Of a stretch of 64,000 nt of DNA, positions 41,469 to 52,300 are shown in pieces. The notes below the pieces were generated by a model, which searched no databases, was not told where the DNA came from, and saw only the letters and a program-made list of their open reading frames with translations. The stretch is from an uncultured beta proteobacterium (GTDB lineage Bacteria > Pseudomonadota > Gammaproteobacteria > Burkholderiales > Gallionellaceae). The stretch spans positions 114,759 to 178,758 of the forward strand of contig CAWHYN010000024.1 of NCBI GenBank assembly GCA_963833515.1, given 5' to 3'. How positions within the stretch are numbered: position 1 is the stretch's first letter; every line of letters begins with the position of its first letter. The position numbers and the translations under genes are program-made.

Positions 41469-42305
41469 ATGCTCTCAACAGCCATCATCATGTTTCGCGA
41501 AGTGCTGGAAGCAGCACTTATCATCGCCATTGTGCTCAGCGCAAGCCGCGGAATCGCAGGCCGCGGCCGCTGGGTCGCAGGTGGAATTGGCATTGGATTA
41601 CTCGGCGCATCCATCGTGGCAATCTTGGCCAATGTCGCCTCCTCTGTCTTTTCCGGTAATGGGCAAGCTATGCTCAACGCCGTGATCCTTCTCAGTGCGG
41701 TTGCCATGCTGACTTGGCATAACGTCTGGATGAGTGCGCATGGCCGGCAGCTTTCATCAGAGGTGAAGGCCGTCGGTTTGGATGTTCGGTCCGGTGAACG
41801 CCCGCTGACTGCATTGCTCATCATCACGCTGGCAGCGGTGATGCGCGAGGGATCCGAGGCCGTATTGTTTCTTTGGGCGATTGCCACGAGCGGCGAGCAA
41901 GGCCTCAACATGGTCTTGGGTGGTTTGGGTGGCGTAGTCGCTGGCATCCTAGTCGGCCTGTTGTTGTATCTTGGTCTGCTGCGCATTCCTGTCCGACACT
42001 TCTTTTCGATTACGAGCTGGCTAATCCTGCTCCTGGCCTCTGGACTGGCGGCACAGGCGGCCGGCTTCCTCAACCAAATCGGCCTGGTGCCATCCCTGGG
42101 GAACGCGGTGTGGAATACCTCGACGATCCTCAACCAATCCAGCATGGTCGGGCAGCTGCTGCACATTCTGGTGGGCTACATCGCCCGGCCCTCCGGCATC
42201 GAGGTCGTGTTCTACGTCGGTACGTTCCTGACCATCCTCATCTTGATGCGTACATATGGCAACAGCCTGGGTGTGCCGGTAAAGGCCACAGGAAATCCAG
42301 CTTAA
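41469..42305 (+). CDS. FTR1-family iron permease
   Basis: Two RExxE motifs (FREVLEAA, MREGSEAV) and about 7 TM segments. Confidence 0.92.
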   Translation: MLSTAIIMFREVLEAALIIAIVLSASRGIAGRGRWVAGGIGIGLLGASIVAILANVASSVFSGNGQAMLNAVILLSAVAMLTWHNVWMSAHGRQLSSEVKAVGLDVRSGERPLTALLIITLAAVMREGSEAVLFLWAIATSGEQGLNMVLGGLGGVVAGILVGLLLYLGLLRIPVRHFFSITSWLILLLASGLAAQAAGFLNQIGLVPSLGNAVWNTSTILNQSSMVGQLLHILVGYIARPSGIEVVFYVGTFLTILILMRTYGNSLGVPVKATGNPA

Positions 42306-42393
42306 AAGGCCCTTACTGAAGCAGTTGCAATCAATCCCATGGCAGGGAAGTTCTGTCGCAAGAACTCTAACGAAATCCACAGGAGTAGTATTG

Positions 42394-43137
42394 GTGACAG
42401 CGAACCGAATATTGGTACCCATTGCAGCGCTTACGATCATATTCGGTCTTGCAGCGAAGGTTGCACGTGCAGACAACGACTTCATCGTCTATTCACCCTA
42501 TGTCGTCCAAGGACAAAGTGAAGTTGAAACATATGGGTTCGATTCTGTGGATGGTCGGAGCGCCCTCAATGCGGCGAGTGGCTACAACATTTCAGTTGCG
42601 CATGCCTTCACCAGTTGGTGGAAGACGGAGGTGTATGTCGGTGAGTTCAATCGTGACCCTGGAGGCTCGACACATCCGTCGGGCTATGAATTCGAGAACA
42701 CATTCCAACTTACCGCGCCGGGTGAATACTGGGCCGACGTAGGATTTCTGGCATCCTATGCGTACAATAAACAAGCGGGGTTAGGGAACAGCCTCGAATT
42801 TGGTCCGCTATTGGAGAAGTTGTCCGGACATATTGATCAACGTCTAAATTTTGTCTGGAAAAGACCGATTGGGAGCGGAGATACTGGATCGAATGAGTTC
42901 CGGTCGGCCTACAGCATCAGCTACAAGATCAATGCTGGCCATGCAACATATTCACCTGGTCTAGAAGCCTATTACCGCCCCAATGACAACGCCAACCAAA
43001 TCGGGCCAGTACTTTATGGAGAGCTCCGAACAAATGCGGGAAGCGAACTGGAATATAGCCTAGGTATCGTTTTTGGCATCAATCAGGCTGCTCCCGACAA
43101 GACATTTCTGGCTCGCCTGGAATACGAGTTCTTTTAA
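42394..43137 (+). CDS. Predicted outer-membrane beta-barrel protein
   Basis: RBS AGGAG plus GTG start, signal peptide ending VARA, alternating aromatic strands, C-terminal RLEYEFF. Confidence 0.7.
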   Translation: MTANRILVPIAALTIIFGLAAKVARADNDFIVYSPYVVQGQSEVETYGFDSVDGRSALNAASGYNISVAHAFTSWWKTEVYVGEFNRDPGGSTHPSGYEFENTFQLTAPGEYWADVGFLASYAYNKQAGLGNSLEFGPLLEKLSGHIDQRLNFVWKRPIGSGDTGSNEFRSAYSISYKINAGHATYSPGLEAYYRPNDNANQIGPVLYGELRTNAGSELEYSLGIVFGINQAAPDKTFLARLEYEFF

Positions 43138-43512
43138 CTTGAAAGAACCTGTAGTTGACGTTGCTTCTGCGCGATGCACCAATATTGGAGTATCAATGCC
43201 GCGTCGCATGACTTATTGTACGTCGCCAGCGACACGTGCTCTGCCTCTTGATAATCCAGACCAATACTGTCCGCATGTAGCAGAATTCTGTTGAAAGGCT
43301 ATTTTGGGCAACTCGAAAATCCCTGTCTAAAACATGTCGAACTCGCAGGACGCCCCGCCATGGAAATGCGCGGGCCTTCTAGAGGTTTGACGGTGCCCAA
43401 AACGCTGTCTGAACGACACCAAAAGCGCTCCTCGAAATAATTGACCCTTAGGTGATTGCCGCGGCGTCCGAGAGCGGCTCCTCAAACTTGGAATTAACTG
43501 AGGGTTGAAGGG

Positions 43513-44469
43513 CTAGCATCCCTTGAATTTGTTTGCGATGCATCTTCTGGCGAGTTCCTGCGCTTGGCTGATTTGGTTTGCATTCAATTGTTTTGCAACA
43601 AAGGCTCGTATTTCAGCTGAAAGCTTTTGCACGTTGCCACTTGTTTCATCAGAAGTCGCGATGTATGCCCACATGTATGCCAGGAAATAATCTTGAGGGA
43701 CCCCTTGGCCATTGCCATACAACACCCCCAGATTCAATTGTGCTTTAGCACTACCTTGCTCAGCTGCAAGCCTATACCACTTTGCCGCTTCCTTGTAATC
43801 TTGAGGGACACCATTTCCTTTGGCATACATCAACGCAAGATTGAATTGTGCCTTGGCATTGCCCTGTTCTGCTGCCTGTTTCCACCAGCGCACCGCGGCA
43901 TGGTAATTTTGCGGGGTACCTTGCCCTAAGTAATACATCGCCCCAAGATTGAATTGTGCATTCGCAAGGCCCTGTTCAGCAGCCAGCTGGTGCCACTTCA
44001 TCGCTTCCCGGTAGTCTTGAGCAAGGCCATTTCCTTTGTCATATATGTTCCCAAGGTTATCTTGTGCCTCGGCGATACCCTGTTCTGCCGCCAGCTGATA
44101 CCACTTTGCCGCTTCCTTGTAATCTTGAGGGACGCCATTTCCCAGGTCGTACATCAGCCCAAGGTTGAATTGGGCATTTGCGTTGCCCTGTTCTGCCGCC
44201 AGCCGATGCCACTTCACAGCCTCTTTGTAGTCCCGGGAAACACCATTTCCTGATGCATACATCAATCCGAGTTTGAATTGCGCTTCAGCAAGTCCGTGTT
44301 CCGCCAGCGGTCTGAATAGCCTTGCGGCTTTTTCATAGTCATCTGCTTCGAACGCTCTCTCTGCGTCGAGCACTTTCTCCGAATCAGACGGCGAATCAGC
44401 AACGACCTGTCCGCTTAGCACAAACAAGCAAAAGCCAATCAACAACAACTGCCCTACCGGCTGCTTCAT
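43513..44469 (-). CDS. Exported Sel1-repeat protein
   Basis: About 6 36-aa repeats (AQFNLGLMYDLGNGVPQDYKEAAKWYQLAAEQG). A 36-nt identical DNA block occurs at 43774 and 44098 (offset 3x108). Confidence 0.92.
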   Translation of the reverse strand: MKQPVGQLLLIGFCLFVLSGQVVADSPSDSEKVLDAERAFEADDYEKAARLFRPLAEHGLAEAQFKLGLMYASGNGVSRDYKEAVKWHRLAAEQGNANAQFNLGLMYDLGNGVPQDYKEAAKWYQLAAEQGIAEAQDNLGNIYDKGNGLAQDYREAMKWHQLAAEQGLANAQFNLGAMYYLGQGTPQNYHAAVRWWKQAAEQGNAKAQFNLALMYAKGNGVPQDYKEAAKWYRLAAEQGSAKAQLNLGVLYGNGQGVPQDYFLAYMWAYIATSDETSGNVQKLSAEIRAFVAKQLNANQISQAQELARRCIANKFKGC

Positions 44470-44618
44470 TTTGGTGGCCTAACGGATGCTGTGCAGTATG
44501 TTCTATTGGGTTGGCATTTCGCACCAGAGGTCGGGCACCCTTGTTGATAGCCCACAGGAAAGCGCTCAAATCCTGCCGTGGACGCTTCTGATCCTTTCCT
44601 GAGCAAACCGCCAAACAT

Positions 44619-44969
44619 TTATGTACTGGTTTTCCGAGTGACTGCAATGAACACCCAAACAACGGCCAACGGCACGAGCAGAACAAGAAGGAATGGGAAC
44701 GCAAATCCCGCCAAGATAAGCGCGGCCACGATTACTCCACCCAAGATAAAGATGCCGATTCCGGCCAACACAAAAAGCAGGAAAATTGAGGCACAGAACA
44801 GGGCGGTCAGACCAACGATCAGTCCCGCCGCTCCGATTGTGCCCTTGAACGGCCCCGTAAGTTCATGACCGTTTATGACGATTCTTGTTGATCCCGCTTC
44901 AAAAAACAACCCCCATGCGACGATGGCCAGCATGACGAAAGCCAGTACGATTGCCACCTTCTTGGCCAT
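44619..44969 (-). CDS. Hypothetical membrane protein
   Basis: 116 aa with 3 hydrophobic segments; AAGGAG-like RBS (gaaggagttccat). Confidence 0.65.
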   Translation of the reverse strand: MAKKVAIVLAFVMLAIVAWGLFFEAGSTRIVINGHELTGPFKGTIGAAGLIVGLTALFCASIFLLFVLAGIGIFILGGVIVAALILAGFAFPFLLVLLVPLAVVWVFIAVTRKTST

Positions 44970-45122
44970 ATGGAACTCCTTCAGAGTTTAGAGCTGCCGA
45001 AAAACTGCAAGACATTCTAAGAGGCAAGTCGGGCCATGACCTGATGCTCCAGACTCGGCGCGAGATTCGCAAAAGGGCGATTGCAGCGCCAGGCGTTGGT
45101 TTCATTCGGCAGCAACGAAATA

Positions 45123-45464
45123 TCACCTTTCCCCGCCTCTATTGGCATTGTAAATCTGCCACGTCGCGAGAGCGACGACCGCTGCACCTACCCCGACGGC
45201 AGTGATCGTCGCTTCCTTCTCCATTGCGAAATCAAGCGAATAAGGAGAAAGAATTAGCCAGAGCCCGAGCAGGATATTGAAGATTTCCTGCCCTTCATCC
45301 AGCAGTCTGGCGGCTGCGATGAGGTTAAAGAAGATGAGCGCCGCCCCAAGTCCGCAACTATTTCCCGTGGCGGCCCTGTTGAGCGAATAACCTATTTCCC
45401 ATGGCGAAACAACGAGCACGAAACCCAACAGAACATTCGTCCAATCCTGCCATCGTTTAAACAT
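45123..45464 (-). CDS. SPW-repeat membrane protein (ORF extends to 45527)
   Basis: RWQDWTNVLLGFVLVVSPW and NILLGLWLILSPY. Confidence 0.8.
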   Translation of the reverse strand: MFKRWQDWTNVLLGFVLVVSPWEIGYSLNRAATGNSCGLGAALIFFNLIAAARLLDEGQEIFNILLGLWLILSPYSLDFAMEKEATITAVGVGAAVVALATWQIYNANRGGER

Positions 45465-45573
45465 CACCGAAGCCCTCTGCGTTGCCGTTAGGCCATTATA
45501 GTCTTCTGGACAGGAAACCAAAGCCATCGTAAGCGGAAGATGAACGCAGCTGAGGGGCTCACAATGGCTTATT

Positions 45574-45622
45574 TTGTAACAAATTAAAATTACTGCGTAT
45601 CGTTGCTACAAATTGCTACAAA
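45574..45622. promoter_or_regulatory. Direct-repeat boxes TTG(CT/TA)ACAAA, OmpR/RstA-like site
   Basis: ttgctacaaa tandem at 45603 and 45613 (TACA-N6-TACA) plus ttgtaacaaa at 45574. Confidence 0.5.
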
Positions 45623-45868
45623 ATCGGTTTTGATGGTTTGACAAGGTGTGGGGGATCTTGCGCAAAGACGCCCGACATGGATATTCGGTAGCAGCATGAA
45701 GCGACTATGGGAAGATGCCATTACGCTGCCCGGGTTGTCATTTGCGCTTGCCGTCAGGTCAGTCCTGCAGATTCCGATAGTCACCGGCCAACCGCCTTAG
45801 AGCCACTGCTGTGACTTAAGATTTGCAAAACGGACGCCCGCGGGTTGGGCAATGGGAAATCATTGTGT

Positions 45869-47566
45869 TTAAAACTCTTTCCACTCACCGCTCTCGTCTT
45901 CTTCGGGTTTGGCCAGCCTGCGCTCCTTTACGCGCGGCGCTATCGCAGTCGATAGTTGTGGCGTGGCCTCCCGCTTGGCAGTCGCTTGTGCAGCGCTTGC
46001 CGTCCCGCCATCCAGCTTGAAGATGCTCACTGCCTCCAGGAGGGTGACAGCCTGTTGCTGCATCGCTTCCGCGGCGGCCGAAGCTTCTTCCACAAGCGCG
46101 GCATTCTGCTGTGTCACTTCGTCCATGGCAAGGATCGCCTGATTGACTTGCTCGATGCCCTCGCTCTGTTCGTTGGAGGCCGCAGCTATCTTCGACATGA
46201 TGTCGGTGACACGCGAGACGGCTGCCACGATTTCCTTCATCGTGGCTCCGGCTTGATCTACCTGCTTTGCCCCGACAGCCACTTTGCTTACCGAATCGTC
46301 AATCAGGGTCTTGATCTCCTTGGCCGCTGCAGCCGAGCGTTGTGCCAGGTTGCGCACTTCCGCTGCGACGACCGCGAAGCCGCGTCCCTGTTCGCCGGCA
46401 CGCGCTGCTTCCACAGCGGCATTCAGGGCCAGGATGTTGGTCTGGAACGCGATGCCTTCGATGACCGCAATGATGTCGACGATCTTCTTCGAGCTGGCGC
46501 TGATCGAGGCCATCGTTTCCACCACATCGCCCACCATCTGGCCGCCCGTGACCGCCACGTCCGAAGCCTTGGTCGCCAGCTGGTTCGCTTGCTTCGCGAA
46601 ATCCGCATTTTGCCGGACAGTCACTGTCAGATTTTCCATGTTCGATGCGGTTTCTTCCAGACTGGAGGCTTGCGCTTCGGTGCGCTGTGACAAGTCACTG
46701 TTGCCGGCCGCTATTTGCCTCGATGCAGTAGTAATCATGTCGGTGCTGCTGCGGACCAGTGAGACAATGCCGCCCAGGCTCTGATTCATGTCCTTAAGCG
46801 CCTGCAGCAATTGCCCGGCTTCATCCCTGGAGTGGGATTCAATCGTTGCTGCCAGATCTCCTTCTGCTATACGGCTCGCCGCTTCCACCGCCTCATCCAA
46901 CGGCCGAATGACAATGCGTCGTACCACCCACCTGATAAGGAAAAACAGTATGACTTGCACAACCATCTGTCCGATGACCAACCACAAGATGATCTTATGC
47001 AGCCTATCGAAGTCGGATGTCAGGTCGATATCGATGTCAGATGCGCCGTTGACGCTCCCAACTTCGACTTGATGACAATTCAGGCAATCGGTACCATGGA
47101 AATCATGACTGACCAAATAGGGGGTGACGGCCCGGAATACCTGAACGCCATTCCGATCTTCAAGGAAATAGGACGGGGTTTTTGATTCGATTGCAGCCCG
47201 TTCCACTTCATCCTTTATTTGCTCTTCAGGCAATCCCGCGCCGAATTGCCTGATAACCTGCTCGGCGCGCACAAGTCTCAGTCCAATAATATTCCCGGAA
47301 CTGGAAATCTTCTTTATCAACAGTTTCCTATTCTCGGGCACGCTGATTTCCCCCGTTTCCATCAGCATGTTTGCGCTATCAATGACTTCGTTGCCGATTC
47401 CTTCGGCACGCTGCTTTACCGAATCAAGAATAATTGTTTTGATGGACTGGGAAAGAACAATAGTTGCAAAGGTGAACAGTACCAATATGAACGAATGAAC
47501 CACGACCTGTATCTTGGCCTGCAACCCAAGGTTACCGAACGACGAGAAGCCGGTTGCATTTTTCAT
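45869..47566 (-). CDS. Methyl-accepting chemotaxis protein with a periplasmic CxxCH heme-c motif
   Basis: TM - periplasmic domain with DCLNCH - TM - HAMP - [27 protein letters not shown]; C-terminal EWKEF. Confidence 0.92.
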   Translation of the reverse strand: MKNATGFSSFGNLGLQAKIQVVVHSFILVLFTFATIVLSQSIKTIILDSVKQRAEGIGNEVIDSANMLMETGEISVPENRKLLIKKISSSGNIIGLRLVRAEQVIRQFGAGLPEEQIKDEVERAAIESKTPSYFLEDRNGVQVFRAVTPYLVSHDFHGTDCLNCHQVEVGSVNGASDIDIDLTSDFDRLHKIILWLVIGQMVVQVILFFLIRWVVRRIVIRPLDEAVEAASRIAEGDLAATIESHSRDEAGQLLQALKDMNQSLGGIVSLVRSSTDMITTASRQIAAGNSDLSQRTEAQASSLEETASNMENLTVTVRQNADFAKQANQLATKASDVAVTGGQMVGDVVETMASISASSKKIVDIIAVIEGIAFQTNILALNAAVEAARAGEQGRGFAVVAAEVRNLAQRSAAAAKEIKTLIDDSVSKVAVGAKQVDQAGATMKEIVAAVSRVTDIMSKIAAASNEQSEGIEQVNQAILAMDEVTQQNAALVEEASAAAEAMQQQAVTLLEAVSIFKLDGGTASAAQATAKREATPQLSTAIAPRVKERRLAKPEEDESGEWKEF

Positions 47567-47604
47567 GGCGGAATCGGGTGGTAGTGGCAATAAGCTAATA
47601 TACC

Positions 47605-47631
47605 TCATCGGCGCCGTATTTGACCACTTAA
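47605..47631 (-). promoter_or_regulatory. Sigma28 (FliA)-like promoter TTAAG-N14-GCCGATGA
   Basis: 39 nt upstream of the MCP start; close to the TAAAG/GCCGATAA consensus. Confidence 0.7.
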
Positions 47632-47784
47632 ACGAGCTCAGGAATTACATCCTGCTCTCCACATGTCCCATTTGCGGAAAATACTTGCGCGTAATGACAG
47701 GCCCCGCGGTCTTCCGTAGATCTGCGCTGCGTCGTTGCGCCGCGGTGCCTTAGTAATGTCGAGCGTCAAAGCTTCAAAGCGCGG

Positions 47785-47950
47785 AGGCACGTTTTTTCCT
47801 CTTGACATCCTCCCCGCCCTCAGCCTGCGGCTGCCGCTTGCGCGGTAAGGGCGAGGATTCCTGCAGCCAGCGCTTGATGTCCCAAGCGGAGAATGTTCCT
47901 TGCGGCATTGATGTCGCGATCATGGGTGGCACCGCACTCACAACAGGTCC
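47785..47950 (-). ncRNA. Predicted omegaRNA (right-end scaffold plus flank-derived guide); boundaries approximate
   Basis: Inferred from established TnpB biology. The scaffold overlaps the tnpB 3' end and the guide would begin GAGGAAAAAACGUGCC. Confidence 0.6.
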
Positions 47951-48934
47951 ATTCCCTTATTCCAAGACCCGCTCTACCTTTCGGACTGCCCGCGGAGATG
48001 ACTCCGCAGCTCGAACAAGTCTGGGTGGTGTTCTTCTCGTTCACCTCTAGAAACACAACTGACCGCGCCTTCGCTTTGTATTCCAGTTGAGTCCTGGGCA
48101 TTCCCCATCCCGTATCCAGGACGGATTTTGCCATTTTTGTTCTTGCCAATTTGCTGCTGCTGACATTCCCGACGAAGATCGCCCCATAGTTCCTGACCGT
48201 TCCGGTCGTGAACTTGTGGATCGCATCGTTCCGTTTGTTCTTGATCCTGGCGTGAATCGTCCTGACCAGTCTGGTCTTGTTCACACGCTGTGCCCGGGCC
48301 AGCTTCCCGGCAAATTCCTCCGTGATGCGCCTGCGCTCCAACTTGAAGCCATCCGAGCAGGATGCCGTCGTCTTGAGCCCAAGATCGATGCCAACCGATT
48401 CCAGGCCTTCACCCGGCTTGGCTTCGACCTGTACCGTCGCATTGAAATACCAGCGACCTCTGGCATCCTGAGAGAACGAACCTGTGCCCAGTTCGTACTG
48501 CGACAAATCGTGGCTATCCCAAATGCCGAACAAGTGTCCGCAGAACCGGATCTGTCCGTTCACCCGCTTCACGCCGGTAGCCTTGAACGGGATCCAGCCC
48601 AGTGCACGCTTCGAGCCGCTCGATGCGCGCCACTGCAGCTGGTTCTTCTTGAACTGCCGGCGCGATCTGGCGTGCTGGGCGATCACGCTCTGGACGGTGG
48701 CAGCTCCAATACCGAGATTCCGCTCTTCGCGGATGCCGCGCAATTCCTTATTGAGATCGAACTCGCTTGTCTGGAGGTTGACGTAACCCACTCCGGGATC
48801 GGCACCCACGAGTAGTCACGGGTGATCTCATTGGCTGCATTCCAAACCTGGTTCACCTCATATGCCATTCCGGACAGCACGCTGGCGTGCATGTCCTTGA
48901 CGCGTACCCGAAGGGTCTTGGTGTGCAAACTCAT
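47820..48934 (-). pseudogene. tnpB: TnpB RNA-guided endonuclease, split by a 1-bp deletion near 48795 (371 aa if restored)
   Basis: VGIDLG, CSSC..CCEC zinc finger, HDRDINAARN. The other copy reads ATT CCT GGA where this one reads ATC CC GGA. Confidence 0.9.
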
Positions 48935-48940
48935 GTGCCG

Positions 48941-48968
48941 ATTGTAGCAGAACGTTCGTTCTGTGCAA
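48941..48968 (-). promoter_or_regulatory. tnpB promoter TTGCAC-N16-TACAAT, 6 nt before ATG
   Basis: Conserved in the second copy (TTGAAC-N16-TACAAT-CGGCAC-ATG); no SD. Confidence 0.6.
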
Positions 48969-49321
48969 GTTCACATCGTTGCCATTCAATCAGGCAGGAT
49001 GCCTGCGGCATCCGCGCCTTATATCCTCGCCCTGAACGGCAAGGTTTTACGGCGCAACAGATAAAAAGCAGCGAATCTTCGAGCAAAGCAACAGGATACG
49101 ACCACGCCCAAGGGCCAAGACTCACATGGCGGGTTGCCGGAAACGTGTTTTCTCGCGTTGTTGACGACAGAGTGCATCTGCCCGGTAGGGCCTGCTATTC
49201 CTCTGTGGCGCCATTGAATAATCGTTTGCAATGAATATGCACGGTACGCCAGACACAGTTGTACCCAAGCCTTATTGCCCGCTCTTACTTGCTTTCGATT
49301 GCCAGATCCATCTTTGCCACC

Positions 49322-52300
49322 CTATTCGGCCGGTTTCTTGGTGTCGGTTTTGATCTCGTTGCCGGAACCCTCCGCCAGACGCTCATAAAGCGCGAAGTGC
49401 TTCCGCAGGTCATTCTCGTAGAACGCCTGCACTTCTCCGCCATCATCATCCATCTCCCGCAACAGTCCGCGGAAGCGTGGCTCGTTCTTGATGAACTCAC
49501 GATAGGGTACCGAGGGCCTCTGCGAGTCCAGCAATAGCGGATTCTGACCTTCCTCCTCACGCCGGGGATCGTAGCGGAACAAAGGCCAGTGGCCACTTTT
49601 CACCGCCAACTCCTGCTGTTCATGCTGCTTGCTAAGGTCATAGCCGTGCTCCCCGCATGGGCTATAAGCGATGATGAGGGATGGCCCGTCATATGACTCC
49701 GCTTCAAGGAACGTCCTCAGTGTATGAGTATCCTTCGCGCCGTAGGCCACGTGTGCCACGTAGACGTGGCCATAGCTCATCGCGATTTGCGCCAGATCCT
49801 TCTTGCCAGTGTGCTTGCCGCCGGCCGCGAATTTCGCTATGGCGCCGCGCGGCGTGGCCTTGGACATCTGCCCGCCGGTATTGGAATAAACCTCGGTGTC
49901 GAGCACCAAGATATTGACGTTTCGGCCCGTGGAAATGACATGGTCAAGACCCCCGAAGCCGATGTCGTAAGCCCAGCCATCCCCGCCTATGATCCACACG
50001 CTTTTCTTCACGAGATACTCAGCGAGGCTTTCCAGTTGACGGGCCACTGCCGAATCAATGCCGGCCAGCTTGTTGCGCAATTTCTCCACCCGTTCGCGCT
50101 GCTGGAAGATGCCGGCTTCAGTGGTCTGATCAGCCGTGAGTATGGCGTCCGTTAATTCAGCGCCAACCTCGTCTTTCAGTTGCTCCAGCAACTCGCCACC
50201 ATGTTCGGCATGCTTGTCGATGCTGACGCGGAATCCCAGTCCGAACTCGGCATTGTCCTCGAACAATGAGTTGCTCCAGGCTGGACCACGTCCTTCGGCG
50301 TTCTTGCAATATGGCGTGGTCGGCAGATTGCCGCCGTAGATCGACGAGCAACCCGTTGCGTTGGCCACGATCATTCGGTCGCCGAACAGCTGGGTGGCTA
50401 AGCGTATATAGGACGTTTCGCCGCAACCGACACACGCCGAGGGGAATTCGAACAGCGGCTGCATCATCATCGCACCCTTGATTGTGGTAGTGCGCAACTG
50501 GGTGCGATCGAACTCCGGCAAAGTGAGGAAGAATTCGAAATTCTTGCGTTCCTGCTCACGCAGAGCGGCCGCGGGCCGCATTTCCAACGCCTTGTGGCCG
50601 TCTACCTTGGAAACCGCCGGACAGATATCCACGCACAGCGTGCAACCCGTGCAGTCCTCGGGGGCGACCTGATAACTGATGTGCAAACCCTGCTCGAAGT
50701 CCTTGCCTTTGACCTGAATGTGCTTGAAAGCTGGCGGTGCATCGTTTGCCATGTTGGCCGGAAACAGCTTACTGCGGATTGCGGAATGGGGACACACGAA
50801 TGGGCATTTCCCGCAGTGAATGCACAAGTCTTCGTCCCAGACCGGGATTTCCTGAGCCAGGTTGCGCTTGTCCCACATCGCAGTGCCGCTCGGCCAGGTC
50901 CCGTCATTGGGAAGCGCGCTGACCGGTAGGCGGTCACCGCGCCCAGACATGATTTCGGCGGTGATCTTGCGGACGAATTCCGGCGCAAAAGAAGGCACGG
51001 CATCCGGCATCTCGTGCGTGCTGCTCGCCACTGCCGGCACGAAGACCTTGTGCAAGTTGGCGATCGTCTCATCGATAGCATTCCAGTTGGCTTCGACCAC
51101 CGCACGCCCCTTCTTGATGTAGGACTTCTCGGCAGCACGCTTGATCTTCTCGATCGCCACATCGCGCGGCAGTACGCCAGATATGACAAAGAAGCAGGTC
51201 TGCATGATGGTGTTGATCCGACTGCCCATGGCAGTTTGCCTGGCGATGGCATAGGCATCGATCACGTAGACCTCGATTCCTTTGGCTATGATCTGTTGCT
51301 GCATCTTGCGCGTGAGAACATCCCACACCTTGTCCGGTGCCGTGGGTGTATTGACCAAAAACACCGCGCCCACCGCAGCAGAATCCAGCATTTCATAGCG
51401 ATCCAGGAATATTGGCTGATGGCAGCCGATGAAGTTGGCCTCGTCATTGCCGATCAGATAGGGTGAATGTATCGGCTTGTCCGAGAAGCGCAGATGGGAA
51501 ATGGTCGCGGCTCCGGCCTTCTTCGAATCGTAAACAAAGTAGCCTTGGCCGTACAGGTCGGTTTCCTCACCCATGATCTTGATGGTGTTCTTATTGGCGC
51601 CCACCGTGCCGTCCGAGCCGAGGCCATAGAACATGCAACGCATCACGCCATGATTGGCCTCCGTTCGGAAATTCGCGTCCCATTTCAGGCTGGTGTGACT
51701 CAGGTCATCGTCGATACCGATCGTGAAGTGGTTTTTCGGCTGGTCCTTCTTCAATTCGTCGAATACCCCCTTGATCATTCCTGGCGTAAATTCTTTGGAT
51801 GACAAGCCATAGCGCCCACCCACCACGCGTGGCAAGGAGGCGAACCTGGTTTCGCCGCTGGCAAAAGCTTGGCAAAGTCCCGTCACCACATCTTTGTAGA
51901 GAGGTTCCCCGTCTGCCCCAGGCTCCTTGGTCCGATCCAGCACGGCGACGCGCTTCACCGTGGCAGGAATGACATTGAGCAATTTGTCTGCCGCAAACGG
52001 ACGGAACAGGCGCACCTTCACGACACCCACCTTTTCGTCGTGATGATTGATGTGGTCAACTACCTCCTCTACCGCTTCCGCACCCGAACCCATCAAGATG
52101 ATCACACGCTCTGCATCCCGCGCACCGGCATATTCGTAAAGGTGGTACTGGCGTCCGGTCAGGCCGGCGAATTTGTCCATGGCTCTCTGAATAATTTCAG
52201 GCATGCGCTGGTAGAACGGGTTGACAGATTCGCGGGCTTGGAAATAGACGTCAGGGTTTTGCGAAGTGCCGCGTATGAAGGGATGATCCGGCGTCATGGC

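Larger units (their letters stand above)
47802..49060 (-). mobile_element. tnpB-only IS200/IS605-family element, 1259 bp, no tnpA
   Basis: Right end GGAATCCTCGCCCTT...AGGGCGGGGAGGATGTCAA; the left end is delimited by homology with 10615..11027; no TIRs or target duplication. Confidence 0.92.

Noticed and set aside
43513-44469. Regularly spaced DNA repeats here and in the TPR arrays as a possible CRISPR array
   Set aside because: The periods of 108 and 102 bp are coding Sel1 and TPR units in open frames; there are no unique spacers or cas genes.
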